Assembly: GCA_964199315.1 (NCBI GenBank)
Contig: OZ116712.1
Location: 4,402,001-4,466,000, forward strand
From: Orbicella franksi
Lineage: Eukaryota
DNA length: 64,000 nucleotides
Reading direction: 5' to 3'
Shown: positions 44,660 through 57,659 of the stretch, one piece after another
Layout of the letters: each line of letters opens with the position of its first letter
Numbering within the stretch: position 1 is the stretch's first letter
Program-made: the position numbers and the translations under genes
The notes under the pieces: generated by a model
The model's input: only the letters and a program-made list of their open reading frames with translations
Told to the model about the DNA's origin: nothing
The model's database searches: none

Positions 44660-47291
44660 TTGTTTCAACAATCAGTAGTTGTCAGTTTGTACCGACCCTG
44701 TGTTGGAATGCACGGTCTCTCTGACGTCATGTTCATAAAGCGTTATTCGAAATTACCATGAACTAACCTAGTCAAGTATTATGATAGAGAGACTTAAGCA
44801 TTTCGAAGACGAAAATGCAAAGGAAGCATGTCTAAAATATGTCTCGTTTTCAGTGTAGTGTTTTAGAGAAGCCTTACACTTTAATTTTCTAATAGTGGAG
44901 GAGGTTTAGTAGCAATAACCCAGGGTAATCATGCTTTCCCGGGGGAGGTGGGGAAGGGGGAAAATGTGCACTGCTCTGGATGAACAAATGGCCGGAAATG
45001 CACAAACTTGGTGAGAATATCTGAAGTTTCAAAACGTAGCAAAAATCAAAACCAGAGTTGTCCCTATCATTTTGGTTAGTCTCGACGTAGAATAACGCTT
45101 CAAATTAGGTTACATGTAATACTGTTTTCAAATATTGATTTGCTTTATAACCCATTATACTTTGTAAATGTCGGCTTTGCTTTTGTGAACCCTGGGGTAC
45201 TCTGAAAACTGAAACCTTTACCCTCTGCCTTTACCCTATACTAGAGCTTGATCAGTTTGATTTTGCAACGCATTAATGCACCAAAAGCCCCTAATCGTAG
45301 TCCAATATACGCTAAGTAATATTTTACAAAGTCACTTACGACTTTCAATTTCTGTTATAGACCCCCGGGTAAAGAACCCTGTTCTAGACTAAATTATATA
45401 TACACTAGCCACTTTCCCGGTAAATTATACCCTTTTCAAGACTGCCAAAACTGCCTGATTTCTGTAACCTATCCCAGACTAAATCGGCCTGAAAAGCATA
45501 CTCTGCACATCGGCACATACCCATATAGCTTGTCTGATGGGAGTACCTACAGGGGGAAGAAGGAGGGCTAAGAACACACCCCAGGCTTTAAGTCAGTGAA
45601 AGAAGATTGTTTTCTAAACTCGACTTATAAGAAGCTAGGAGCCTGACGTAAAGCTCCAGCACGGTCCGCGAGTATAAATAAAGGTTGTGTGTGTTTTTGT
45701 AACTGTTTGAAAGAACACTACTAACGAATATTTGTAAAATGTAAACAACAGTTTATATAATTATTTAGTCTATCGAATCAATAATCAGATGTCTTAAGGG
45801 ACATAACTGAATATAAACAAAATGATGAGCTATTCTTATTACATGGACAGATTGTAGGACAGTATTTAGTTGTTTTTGTTCGTTTCTTTTTTATTCAGAA
45901 CTATTGGAAGTTAGGAGAGAAACTTCTGAAAACTTAAACAATTGGAAATGGTCTATTAAACTTGTAAATGTAATTTTAATGTTGTGTAGTAAGGCGTGAA
46001 GAGAAATCATTGTTCGCAAATGTATGGCTTTGAATAGAGCTGAACATCAAGAGCGCTAATTTGAATAAAAACTTTGGGCCACCGATGCATTTTGCCAGTA
46101 ATTTTTGTCTCTTTTTTGAAATTCGTAAACCGGTGGGATTCTTGGAATTCATGAACGTGAAGCTACTTTTAATTTGCTCATTCCGGGTTACATTTGATAT
46201 GAACTACCGTGAACTGCCGCTTATATAAAAGCCCCCCACCCCCGTTCCCGGTTATAGGCCCATGTACCTGTAAACTAGAAAACACATCCGGTTATAAGCC
46301 AAGTGACTAGCGGGAGAGCTAAGAAAGTGTGTGTGTGTGGGGGGGGGGGGGGGATACACCTGTAAAAAAGGACAGGGTTGCTCGTCGGAAATTTTGAAAA
46401 GAACCCCGTAAGAAGTACCAACATCCTGTTTTGCGGGCGTGTCTTAAAATGTTTTACGTACCAATTCTAAAACAACACATTTTCTCCTGTCGTTTGTTTC
46501 GGCTCAGTACCCTAAATAATGCTATGGCAGCTCCCGCTGTGGACCATCTGAGACTGAACTCTCTAAGATGAACGAAAACCGTGTTTTCAACCCCTAAATG
46601 GTACGATGAGCACCCCCGTCATTTTTATATGGGAGTTCCCGTTCCGGGGTACCGACCCTGTGTTGTAAAGCACGGTCTCTATGACGTCATGTTTATTGAT
46701 GGGATTATGCACAAATTACGATGTGAACTTATCTAGTCAAGTATTATGCTGTACAGAATTTACATTGAAAAGTTGAAATCGTGTAGTAAGCGTGTCTAAG
46801 AGATTAATCGTTTTCCGTATAGGGTTTCAAGGAAACCTTACACTTTTCTAAAAGAAGAGAGAGTTTGGGAGATATTGATTTGGCTTACATAATTTAAATT
46901 ACATTATGATTTCTACGTTCCGCAGGCTTTATTTCTGTAAGAATCTTTTTCATAATAACGTTGAGACCTAAAGTTAAGCCTCATTTTAAGATCCGTAGTT
47001 ACATACTAAGAACACACCCCAGGCTGAGAGTTGCTAGAAGAGAGCTATTTTGTCACCCGTGTGTGAAAGAACAGTATTGTTAAAGTAGGTTAAAATTATG
47101 ACTTCAAGCTACTGTAGTTTATACAGGTAGCTACAGAGTGAAAATTAGCAAAATAAAGTCTTTTTGCCTTGTTTGAACATATTAAACCAATGAGCTTGTG
47201 TTATTGCATGATTCATCGTACAACATCTTTTTTTAAACCTCAATCGACAGAAAATGGTAACTTATAACTCACTTAACTTAAGTTGTAAATA

Positions 47292-47571
47292 CAGGGAAAC
47301 CTGTATTAAGCGGACACCCTCGGGACCTTCCCAAGTGTTCGCTTAATAGATAGAGGGTGTCCGAAAGGTTTATAACAATTTTGCCTTGTTTGTTAATAAT
47401 TAACATTCAACGGTTCCTCTGTACTGTAATAAAGTTCCAGGTTGTTAACGAAGCTATCCAGATTTCAAGTTCGTCAGCTTTCATTACCAACTTTAATTTG
47501 TTTGTGATGATGCCCTTTCCATACAGCAACGATAATGCAGGTACATTTAATTGACTCTTTCAAGGACGTAA
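47292..47571. mobile_element. Truncated third copy of the Tigger-like MITE
   Basis: The left TIR and interior match 25331. Homology ends at caaggacgtaatc. Confidence 0.7.
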
Positions 47572-48738
47572 TCGCGGTATGAGTTCAAACTACGAAATCA
47601 CTGACAAAAAACAGGCAGTCAATGACGGTATGTGGCTACTGCTGTCATTATTTAGAACATTGCAGTAAAACAAATCATATTGCAATAAAACGAGCTAACT
47701 ACGAAAACGTTTTTGGACTCATAGCTCGTAAAAACATTCGACTTGTTTCTTGCACCGCGCAAAATATCTCGATCCCTAAAGTTGTAAAGACAGACTTTCG
47801 GTAACTTGAATCAAATGTCTTCTCCAAGTTTAGTTGGCTTTCTAGTAGGGTGCAGGAAAAAAAAATTAACGTGTGACTTTGGAGACAAATTGTGCGAGAA
47901 AATTAAACCTTCGATTGTGCGGGGAATTGTGCGGAATTATTGACGAACCAATGTCCTTGCCAAGTCCTCAGGAAAATTTGCATTGACGATAGTTTAGCCA
48001 GTTATTTCACTAGTAGTTCAAATATATTCAGAAGTCTTAGCAATCGCCAATTCTTTTAGAAAACTGTGTCTGAATAGCAAAACAGAATGCCGCATCTTCC
48101 CTTATAAATGAGTTCCTTTTTAAAAGTTCTCCTGCCTTGATTCAATAAAAATATGTAGCTTGAATATTTCTCATAAACTGCGATAAGGGTCGCAAATTCT
48201 CGGAAGTTATCCGCAAAAAACATAACTTGAATGTTTATGCAAATTAAGTGCAATGCAATTTGCGCCTTGTCCTAGGAGTGTTGTTTTCGCGAAGGAGCTT
48301 ATCTATTCGCCCTCCAAAGGAGACGAGACTCTTCAAAAGGGTTTAAGATCGCAACACGGCAAAGATGTTCAGCTGCACAATTCACTCGGATCGCCACGAC
48401 CAGTAAACGAACTTCGCACAATTTCTGCTAGCATGTTCAATGTAATCGCCACTGATAAGTTGTAAAAAGACCTGGAAAATTCTTTGCAAACAAGTTCTCC
48501 ATAAATGCGTAGACAGCTGTGCTTTCTTGAACCAAAGTGGTTTAAACTCAGAACTTGCGATTGGATTCATAGGAGGATACTCAACGAAACAACTTGAATA
48601 GTAAATATCTAAGCGGAACTCTTGTGCCAAAATATCCTGATTCTTTAATTTGTTTTTATTGTGTCCAATACGCGTTTTCGTACAGTACGATTTAATACTG
48701 CGGTACGAAGCCCGAGTAAACGCTCTTAGAACGTCTAG
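47572..48738 (+). mobile_element. Possible non-autonomous Helitron-like insertion (~1.17 kb)
   Basis: Unique block bounded by A|TC... and ...CTAG|T. The 3' hairpin is weak, and the flanks imply an associated deletion. Confidence 0.35.
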
Positions 48739-49923
48739 TTTAATGCATCAGTTGTGCTCATCAGGATTCGATGTGTTCTGAAGTAATTTTCAGTATAGCT
48801 TTTTGTCTTATCTGGCACGAAACGGCACCGGAAAAGACTGATTGTACTTGCCGCCTGACTGCATAGCAGAAGGTGGTGGGGCGACAGTTAGCCCCACCAT
48901 CCCAAGCTTCGTTTTCTTTGCTCTCGCTCCAACTTGCGCGCGGTCCAGTTGTGGAAAGAGCTCTAGCTAGTACGGGAACGTTTGCTACGCAGAGTCGAGT
49001 ACGTTTAGGATGTGATAACCTGCTTTTCTAGGTGTAAACTTTCACAAGGGGGAGAGTTGGGGTAGGAATTTGTACTGCTCTGAATGAACAAATGAGAAAC
49101 GCGTAGACTTGAGAAAAACTGAAATTTTGAGACTTAAGAAACCTCCTTGTTTTTTTACGTTTTTCATTATTCTCTGACGTTGTTACTCCATGACATCATC
49201 TTTATATAGTGTTATGCCCAAATTACGATTTGTAATCTAGTAGTTACTAAGGTGGTTAGATCGAGTTTTTGAGTAGCAAAACAACTTAGAGGTCTTTCAG
49301 CGACCAGCGATAACTACAATGTTGTAAAGAATTTTAACATAAGATAGCACCGCGAGAGAAAAATCCTTTGTTAAAAACGCAATAAACGCTTTGGGTTGTC
49401 ACGGCTGATTAAGATCCTCAAGGTTACTTCTACTTCTACTTCTTCCTCAAAGGAGCTACGTCACTTCGTTTGTAATCCGTGTCAATCTCCATCCTCAACC
49501 ATCCTTGTTCCTTTACGGTTTATTATTATCTCGTTGGTGTTTTTCTATCTTAGTACCGAACTATTTTCAAGTTTCCTTCAAATTAAAGTTAATGTTGTAC
49601 TTAAGAATGATTTTCGCCTGCCTTAGAGTATATAGTCTAGGCACGAAAAATATAAATTCTTACAAGTAAAGTGTGTATTGGCCAACATTTTACTACCACT
49701 TCATGACACTTCGGATTAAAAGTGGCGATATTTTCTGGGGGGAGGCTTTGTCTCTTTCTTTCTTTCTTTTGCGTAGACCGTCTGTGACGTAAATGAAAAA
49801 TACGACAAGCATTTCCGATTTATCAACTACTTAGAGCCTCTTTACTGACCCCTGGCTTCCTAAATTTATCGATGCAAACGCTCAAAAGACCAACTAAGGT
49901 TTCACTCAGACGTCAATAATTTT

Positions 49924-49970
49924 GTGACATTTGATTGGCTCCTTGCAGACAGTTATGACGTTAATTAATT
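49924..49970 (+). promoter_or_regulatory. Conserved proximal promoter block, copy 7
   Basis: gtgacatttgattggctccttgcagacagttatgacgttaattaatt. Confidence 0.55.
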
Positions 49971-50035
49971 AGGTTTTCTAGGAAAACTAAACATAAAAGC
50001 TTGGTGCAGTTTCACTGAACAAGCGACGCCTAGCG

Positions 50036-52242
50036 ATGGAGTCCCTTTTGAAAGACCTCAAGAAACATCTTGAATGCTCCATTTGTCTCCAAACCTACAG
50101 CAAACCCAAAACCATATCATGTCTACACACATTTTGCTGTCAGTGTTTGGAGAATCATGCAAGAGCCAGCCACAGACAAGGAAAGTTCCGTTGTCCAGAG
50201 TGTCAAGCGCAAATCGATCTGCCCGAAGGAAATCGTTTCAAGAGTTTACCGAGCAGTTTTTTCCACAACAGTTTGTTGAACCTTCTTGTCGTTCGACGGA
50301 GTGGCGATGGAAGTAACATGGCTTGTTCCCAATGTAGGAAAAACAACCCTCAGATGTACTATTGCTTTGACTGTGGACGGTTTATGTGCCCAGACTGTTA
50401 CAACGCACACGAAATGCTAAGCGCATCGTTCGAAGGACATAAACTCACGTCAGTGAAGGAGTTTAAAGCAGAAGATTACGAAGCCTTGCTGAAGCGACAA
50501 CCATTTTGTTCACAGCAGTTGCACGAGAGAGAAATCACCAGATTTTTCTGTTTTTCATGCCAAACTTGTGTTTGCCAAATTTGCATAGTCACGGATCACA
50601 GAAATCACGACATCGTTTTACTCGACAAAGCAGCTCATGACGAGAAACCCAACATCATGTGTGGCTTTCAAATGATCAACGAAAGGGTGAGCGAGCTTTG
50701 TGAAGTGATTCGGCAATTTGAAGAAACGGCTTCTAAGTTAGAAAACAATATCGCAACCGCTAAACGCGAAGTCTCGCAAGCTGCTGGGCAGATGATCGAA
50801 GTGATTCGAGAGCGCGAGCGTGATGCGATTATATCACTCGAGACAACACGCGTGACGAGACTCGAGACAATTAACTCCGCCATCCAGGAAGCTCAGTCTC
50901 TGCTCAAACAAATGAAGCAAGCGGTTGAGTTTGCTAAAAATCTGACAGAAAGAAGCTCAAGCTCGGATATCATGAGGAACAAGGAAACTTTGAAACAGCG
51001 ATTTGAAGTGTTGCGTGAAATTGAAGTTCCAAAACATGATGAGACCTCATTTGTCAAATTTACCGCTGCTTCTACAAAGAACTTGAAATTAGGTTTTATT
51101 GAGACAATCCCAAAGGCAGACGCAAAGCGATCAACGCTTGAAGGATAAAGCAAACTCTTCAGGCTGGTGTAGAAGCAGTGTTTACGTTATACCCCCAAAC
51201 ATCTGAAGGGACGATGATTAAGCAGCCTGACCTGAAAGATCACATTGAAGTTCTGATTGAACCCGCTAAAGATGTTACAAATGTGATTGTTGTTGAGAAA
51301 GAGGACGGTAATCTTCAGCTGAAATTTACTCCCAAAGTACCGGGCGACTACAGCATTAAAGTAAAGATAAATGGCGAAAAGCTTCCAACCTGTCCTTTCA
51401 CAGTGCAGGTGAAAGAACGTGAACTCGTTGTCGTTGGTGAGTTGGACTTAAAATTCTTTCCAGGAGATGAACCCGGATGGCTTGATGGAATCGCTGTTAA
51501 CTCAGAAGGGAAGATAGTTGTGACAGATGAGTTTGGCCACTGTGTTTACGAGTTCGACAGAGATGGTAACTGTTTAAGGAAACGTGGTAGCAAAGGAGCA
51601 AATCCCGGACAATTTAGCTATGCGTCTGGCGTTTCCTATGTAAACAAGAACGAGATTCTAGTTGCAGATCAAATGAATCATAGAATACAACACATAAATA
51701 TTCAGACAGGAACTGTTCTGAAAAGATTTGGAAAACATGGCTCAGGAAAAGGAGAGTTTGAGAATCCAGTTGACGTTTGTTTAGATGATGAAAGACGCAT
51801 TGTTGTAACCGAGTACGGCAATCATAAGATACAAGTGTTGTCACAGAAAGGAAAAACTATTTCCATACTTGGAGACAGAGGCCCAGAGAAACTCAACAAC
51901 CCAACTAGCTGCATTCCTTACAAAAACATGTTTCTCGTATCTCATAGGGGCAATAACTGTATTAAAGTTTTCAATCAGTCAGGAACTTTCTTGTACAAGT
52001 TTGGTAAAGAAGGAAATCAAGATGGACAATTTGACTGGCCATATGATATGCTTCTAGACAGCTCCAATAATCTTCTTGTATGTGATCATTACAATAACCG
52101 AGTTCAGCAGTTTTCTTTAGACGGTCGCTTCACAGGCAAAACTATCACTGATTTACCAGGTCCCTTTGGAATAGCAACAGCGCCAGATGGACGTATTCTC
52201 GTGACTAGCGCCACAACTAACAAAGTATACATATTGAAGTAG
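50036..52242 (+). pseudogene. TRIM-NHL copy 7, frameshifted (1-bp deletion at ~51146; ORFs 50036-51148 and 51178-52242)
   Basis: gaaggataaagc versus gaaggactaaagc in copy 6. The span is 2207 bp, one less than 2208. A sequencing error is not excluded. Confidence 0.8.
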
Positions 52243-55200
52243 TTGTTTCAATAATCAGTAGTTGTCAGTTTGTACCGTCGGAACCTGTGTTGGAATGCAC
52301 GGTCTCTCTGACGTCATGCTCAGGTAGCGTTTTTGGAAATTACCATGTGAACTAATCTACTCAAGTATTATGATGGAAAGACTTTAACATTTCAAAGACG
52401 AAATTGCAAGGGGAGCAAGTCTCAAAGATGTCTCGTTTTCAGTGTAGTGTTTTAAAGAAGCTTAACACTTTTCTAACATTCGAGGAGGTTTAGGAGCAAA
52501 ACCAATCCATAATCATGCTTTCCCGGGGGAGGTGGGGAAGGGGGAAAATGTGCACTGCTCTGGATTGACAGGTGGGAAATGCGCAAAGTTGGCGTTAAAA
52601 TCTGAACTTTCAAAACGTAACAAAAACCAAAACCAGAGTTGCCCTCATCAATTTGGTTAGTATAGACGTAGAATAACGCTACAAATTAGGGTTACATGTA
52701 ATACTGTTTTGAAACATTGATTTGCTTTATAACCCCTTATACTTTGTACATTTCGGCTTTGTTTTTGTGAACCCTGGAGTCGTCTGAAAATCATTGGGTA
52801 GGGGTGTGCAGCTGGGACACCGAAACCTTTACCCTCTGCCTTTACCCTATACTAGAGCTTGATCAGTTTGATTTTGCAACGCATTAATGCACCAAAAGCC
52901 CCTAATCGTAGTCCAATACAGGATAAGTAATATCTTACAAAGTCACTTACGACTTTCAATTTCTATTATAGAACCCCGGGTAAAGAACCCTGCTCTAGAC
53001 TAAATTATATATACAGTATACTAGCCACTTTCCCGGGAAATTATAGCCTTTTCAAGACAACTGTCTGATTTCTATGTTGAAAACAAAAGATATGACAGGC
53101 CAACACGGACTCCCCTCGTGAATTGCGATAGCGATGCATTTTAGCCTTCAATTAAATTTTCACTCTAACGAGCGTATCTTTTAGAGATTTGTCTCTCTTA
53201 TATGATATAATCGGAGGTTTAGTCTAGATGCTTTTCCGTTAGTATCGTTTTGTTTGTCCTCCGCCATGTGTTCTTCGGTGTCCGTTGGAGGACAGTAAGA
53301 AGGTGTTTTGGGGGCTCTGTAATCGACATCCTCGTCACCAGATGTACTTGGTCCGAGATATAGCAGTAATTCGTTGTCTGACATCATAGTTGCTTCAGCA
53401 GGACCGCTCGGTTTCGATTCTTCACGAATCTCTTTGTTTGAGGCGTGACAACTTTAAATTAAATGCTACTTAGGGAAAGTTAGAGACGTTTCTCAATTCC
53501 GTTCCCCCTCCAATAGTTGTTTGGTGATCTTTTTATATCAGGATAGTCTGGTGCTGGGATCGAAGTGTTAGCTTTCCCATTGGTCCTCCCCGAAGCGAGA
53601 GGGCCAATGAGGTGCAAGGGATTTTCGATCGGTAGAGCGAGAAGCTAGAGTGTGTTTCTTTGTAAGGCTAAACTGCCTGAAAACCATACCCTTCACAGCG
53701 GCACATACCCATATAGCTTGTCTGATGGGAGTACCCCCTATGGGGAGGGGAGGGGGGCTAAGAACACACCCGAAGCTTTAAGTCACTAAAAGAAGATTGT
53801 TTTCTAAACTCGACTTAAACTTAAACAATTGGAAATGGTCTATTAAACTTATAAATGTAATTTCAATGTTGTGTAGTAAGCCGTAATTGTTCGCAAATGT
53901 ATGGCTTTGAACAGAGCTGAACATATCAACAAGAGTGCTAGTTTGAATAAAATTTTGGGCCCTCAAAGCACTTTGCCTATAATTTTTATCTCTGTTTTGA
54001 AATTCGTAAACTGGTGGGATTCTTGCAATTCATAAACGTGAAGCTACTTTTAATTTGCTTGTTCCGGGTTGCATTTGATATGACCTACCGTAAACTGCCG
54101 CTTATAAGTCTCCCCCCCCCCGCCCCCCCTTGGTTGTAGGCCTATCTACCTTTAAACCAGAAAATACACCCGGTTATAAGCCCCCCCTGATATAAGCCCC
54201 CTAGCTTTCCTTGTGTTGAATTTGTTTTATTATGTTTTAACGCTTAATTACCAGTAAATGAAAAATCTATTTCCTTAGTTTTTGTTTCGATTAAGAAGAT
54301 ATATCAAACACTCGAGACAGTGTTTCATCGGCCAAACACCTCGAATTGCGTCAAAAATACTCCAGTGAGCGTGGTATTTTCAACTCTCTTCTCGGTGTTC
54401 GGATATCCCGATGAAACACTGTCTCTCGTGTTTATATATATTACTTCATAAAATATCATTATATACATGGAACGAAAGTAATGTAGAAAGGCCGTTAATG
54501 TCTCTGGTCCCATGTTGAAAACACTACCTCGGTCTATTGTTGTTAAGGGCCAGGGCTATTGTTATGACTTCTCATCTATTGTTTCATATTGAGAACCAAG
54601 ATAACACCGCGAGAGAAATTTTCTTTGTTCAAAGCACAATGAATGCTGTAGGTTTTCAAAGCTGATTTAGATCCTTGGTTATTTCTAATTCCCACCCATT
54701 GTTTACAATTAAAAAGGATCGTGAAAATGTATTTTAAGTTCTTTTTCCATCATCTTAAAAAGTAGGTCTATTACATCCCGTATGAACGAGATTACACGCG
54801 TGTCACAAGACATATTATAAAATAACAGGGCTACTACGTGCGCTATCATTGGTCGATAGGTGTGTTTAGATGAGAATATGTAAACACTGTTGTGACACGT
54901 ATTTTTTAAGAATAATTTTCTCAAATCAATACCGTACTTTTTCGATGTTTACATAGCCTCAAATTCTCCAAAGGTAGCAAACCCGAGACGTTCGAATTCT
55001 CTCAACCCCCCTCGTGTTAAATTAGGCTATGTAAACACTTAGAAAAAGCTCTAACCTTAGATTGGCCACCATGGTGTTTGCTTTTTCCCTTTTTACAACC
55101 GCTTCATGACACATCGTATTAAAAGTGGCCACATCTTTGGGGGGAGTGTTTGCCTGTTTGTTTGTTTCTTTAATTTTGGGTAGACTGTGCGGTAAATGAA

Positions 55201-55324
55201 AACTACGACAAACATTTCCGATTTTTTAATTCCTTAGAGCCTCTTTACTGACCCCTGGCTTCATATCATCGATGCAAATCGCTCAGAAGACCACCTGAGA
55301 ACACTCTCAGACGTCAATAATTTT

Positions 55325-55372
55325 GTGGCATTTGATTGGCTCCAAGCAGACAGTTATGACGTTAATTAATTC
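55325..55372 (+). promoter_or_regulatory. Conserved proximal promoter block, copy 8
   Basis: tttgattggctccaagcagacagttatgacgttaattaattc. Confidence 0.55.
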
Positions 55373-55448
55373 GCTTTTCTCGGAATCTAAAATAAAACCT
55401 TGATGCAGTTGTCTTTCGCAAGCTTCACTAAACAAGCGATGCCTAGCG

Positions 55449-57659
55449 ATGGAGTCCCTTTTGAAAGACCTCAAGAAACATCTGGAATGCTCGATTTGTC
55501 TCGATACCTACAACCAACCCAAAACTATATCATGTCTACACACATTTTGCTGTCAGTGTTTGGAGAATCATGCAAGAGCCAGCCACAGACAAGGAAAGTT
55601 CCGTTGTCCAGAGTGTCAAGCGCAAATCGATCTGCCCGAAGGAAATCGATTCAAAAGTTTACCGAGCAGTTTTTTCCACAACAGTTTGTTAAGTCTCCTT
55701 ACCGTTCGACGGACTGGCGACGGAAGTAACATGGCTTGTTCCCAATGTAGGAAAAACAACTCTCTGATGTACTATTGCTTTGACTGTGGACGGTTTATGT
55801 GCCCAGACTGTTACAACGCACACGAAATGTTACGCGCATCGTTCGAAGGACACAAAGTCACGCCAGTGAAGGAGTTTAAAGCAGAAGATTACGAAGCCTT
55901 GCTGAAGCGGCAACCATTTTGTTCACAGCAGTTCCACGAGAAAGAAATCACGAGATTCTTCTGTTTTTCGTGCCAAGCTTGTGTTTGCCAAATTTGCATA
56001 GTCACGGATCACCGAAATCACGACATCGTTTTACTCGACAAAGCAGCTCATGACGAGAAACCCAACATCATGTCTGGCGCTGAAATGATCAACGAAAGGG
56101 TGAACGAGCTTATTGAAGTGATTCGACAATTTGAAGAAACGGCTTCTAAGTTGGAAAACAATATCGCAACCGCTAAACGCGAGGTCTCTCAAGCTGCTGG
56201 GCAGATGATCGAAGTGATTCGAGAGCGCGAACGTGAGGCGGTTATATTACTCGAGACAACACGCGTGACCAGACTCAAAAGAATTAACTCCGCCATCCAG
56301 CAAGTTCAGTCTCTGGTGAAACAAATGAAGCAAGCGGTTGAGTTTGCTAAAAATCTGACCGAAAGAAGCTCAAGCTCAGATATCATGAGTAACAAGGAAA
56401 CTATGAAACAGCGATTTGAAGTGTTGCGTGAAATTGAAGTTCCAAAACATGATGAGACCTCATTCGTGAAATTTACCGCTGCTTTTGCAAAGGACTTGAA
56501 ATTAGGTTTTATTGAGACAATCCCGAAGGTCGCAGACGCAAGTCGATCAACTCTTGAAGGACTGATGCAAGCTCTTCAGGCTGGTGTAGAAGCAAAGTTT
56601 ACGTTATGCCTCAAAACTTCTGAAGAGAAGATGAGTAACCAGCCTGATCTGAAAGATCAAGTTGACGTTCTGATTGAACCCGTTAAAGATGTTACAAATG
56701 TGATTGTTGTTGAGAAAGAGGACGGTAATCTTCAGCTGAAATGTACTGCCAAGGTACCGGGCGCTTACAGTATTGAAGTGAAGATCAATGGCGATAAACT
56801 TCCTACCTGTCCTTTTTATGTGCAGGTAAAAGAACGTGAACTTGTTGTCGTTGGCGAGTTGGACTTAAAATTCTTCCCAGCAGACGTGCCTCAAGGGTTG
56901 TGTGGAATCGCTGTTAACACAGAAGGCAAGATAGTTGTGACAGATGAGAGTGGCCACTCTGTTTATGTATTCGATAGAGATGGCAACTGTTTAAGGAAAA
57001 TTGGTTGCGAAGGAGAAAATCCTGGACAATTTAGGAGCCCAGCGGGCGTTTCCTATGTAAACGACAACGAGATTCTAATTGCAGATCAAGAGAATCATAG
57101 AATACAACACATAAACATCCAGACAGGAACTGTTGTGAAAAGCTTTGGAAAACTTGGTGCAGGAAAAGGAGAGTTTAAGAATCCAGTTGACGTTTGCATA
57201 GATAATGAAGGACGCATTGTTGTAACCGAGTACGGCAATCATAGGATACAAGTGTTGTCACAGGAAGGAGAAACTATTTCGATATTTGGAGACAGAGACC
57301 CAGAGAAACTCAAGGAACCATCAAGCTGCATTCCTTACAAAAACCTGCTTCTCATAGCTGATGACGACAATGACTGCATTAAGGTTTTCGATCAGTCAGG
57401 AACTTTCCTGTTCAAGTTTGGAAAACAAGGGAATCAAGATGGACAACTTGACTGGCCGTATGGTATGCTTCTAGACAGCTCCAATAATCTTCTTGTATGT
57501 GATTATTACAATAACCGAGTTCAGCAGTTTTCTTTAGACGGTCGCTTCACAGGCAAAACTATCACTGATTTACCAAGTCCTACTGGAATAGCAACAGCGC
57601 CAGATGGACGTATTCTCGTGACTAGCTCTGAAGCTAACAAAGTATACACATTGAAGTAG
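55449..57659 (+). CDS. TRIM-NHL copy 8, 736 aa, intronless
   Basis: Complete ORF; sister of copy 5. Confidence 0.95.
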   Translation: MESLLKDLKKHLECSICLDTYNQPKTISCLHTFCCQCLENHARASHRQGKFRCPECQAQIDLPEGNRFKSLPSSFFHNSLLSLLTVRRTGDGSNMACSQCRKNNSLMYYCFDCGRFMCPDCYNAHEMLRASFEGHKVTPVKEFKAEDYEALLKRQPFCSQQFHEKEITRFFCFSCQACVCQICIVTDHRNHDIVLLDKAAHDEKPNIMSGAEMINERVNELIEVIRQFEETASKLENNIATAKREVSQAAGQMIEVIREREREAVILLETTRVTRLKRINSAIQQVQSLVKQMKQAVEFAKNLTERSSSSDIMSNKETMKQRFEVLREIEVPKHDETSFVKFTAAFAKDLKLGFIETIPKVADASRSTLEGLMQALQAGVEAKFTLCLKTSEEKMSNQPDLKDQVDVLIEPVKDVTNVIVVEKEDGNLQLKCTAKVPGAYSIEVKINGDKLPTCPFYVQVKERELVVVGELDLKFFPADVPQGLCGIAVNTEGKIVVTDESGHSVYVFDRDGNCLRKIGCEGENPGQFRSPAGVSYVNDNEILIADQENHRIQHINIQTGTVVKSFGKLGAGKGEFKNPVDVCIDNEGRIVVTEYGNHRIQVLSQEGETISIFGDRDPEKLKEPSSCIPYKNLLLIADDDNDCIKVFDQSGTFLFKFGKQGNQDGQLDWPYGMLLDSSNNLLVCDYYNNRVQQFSLDGRFTGKTITDLPSPTGIATAPDGRILVTSSEANKVYTLK

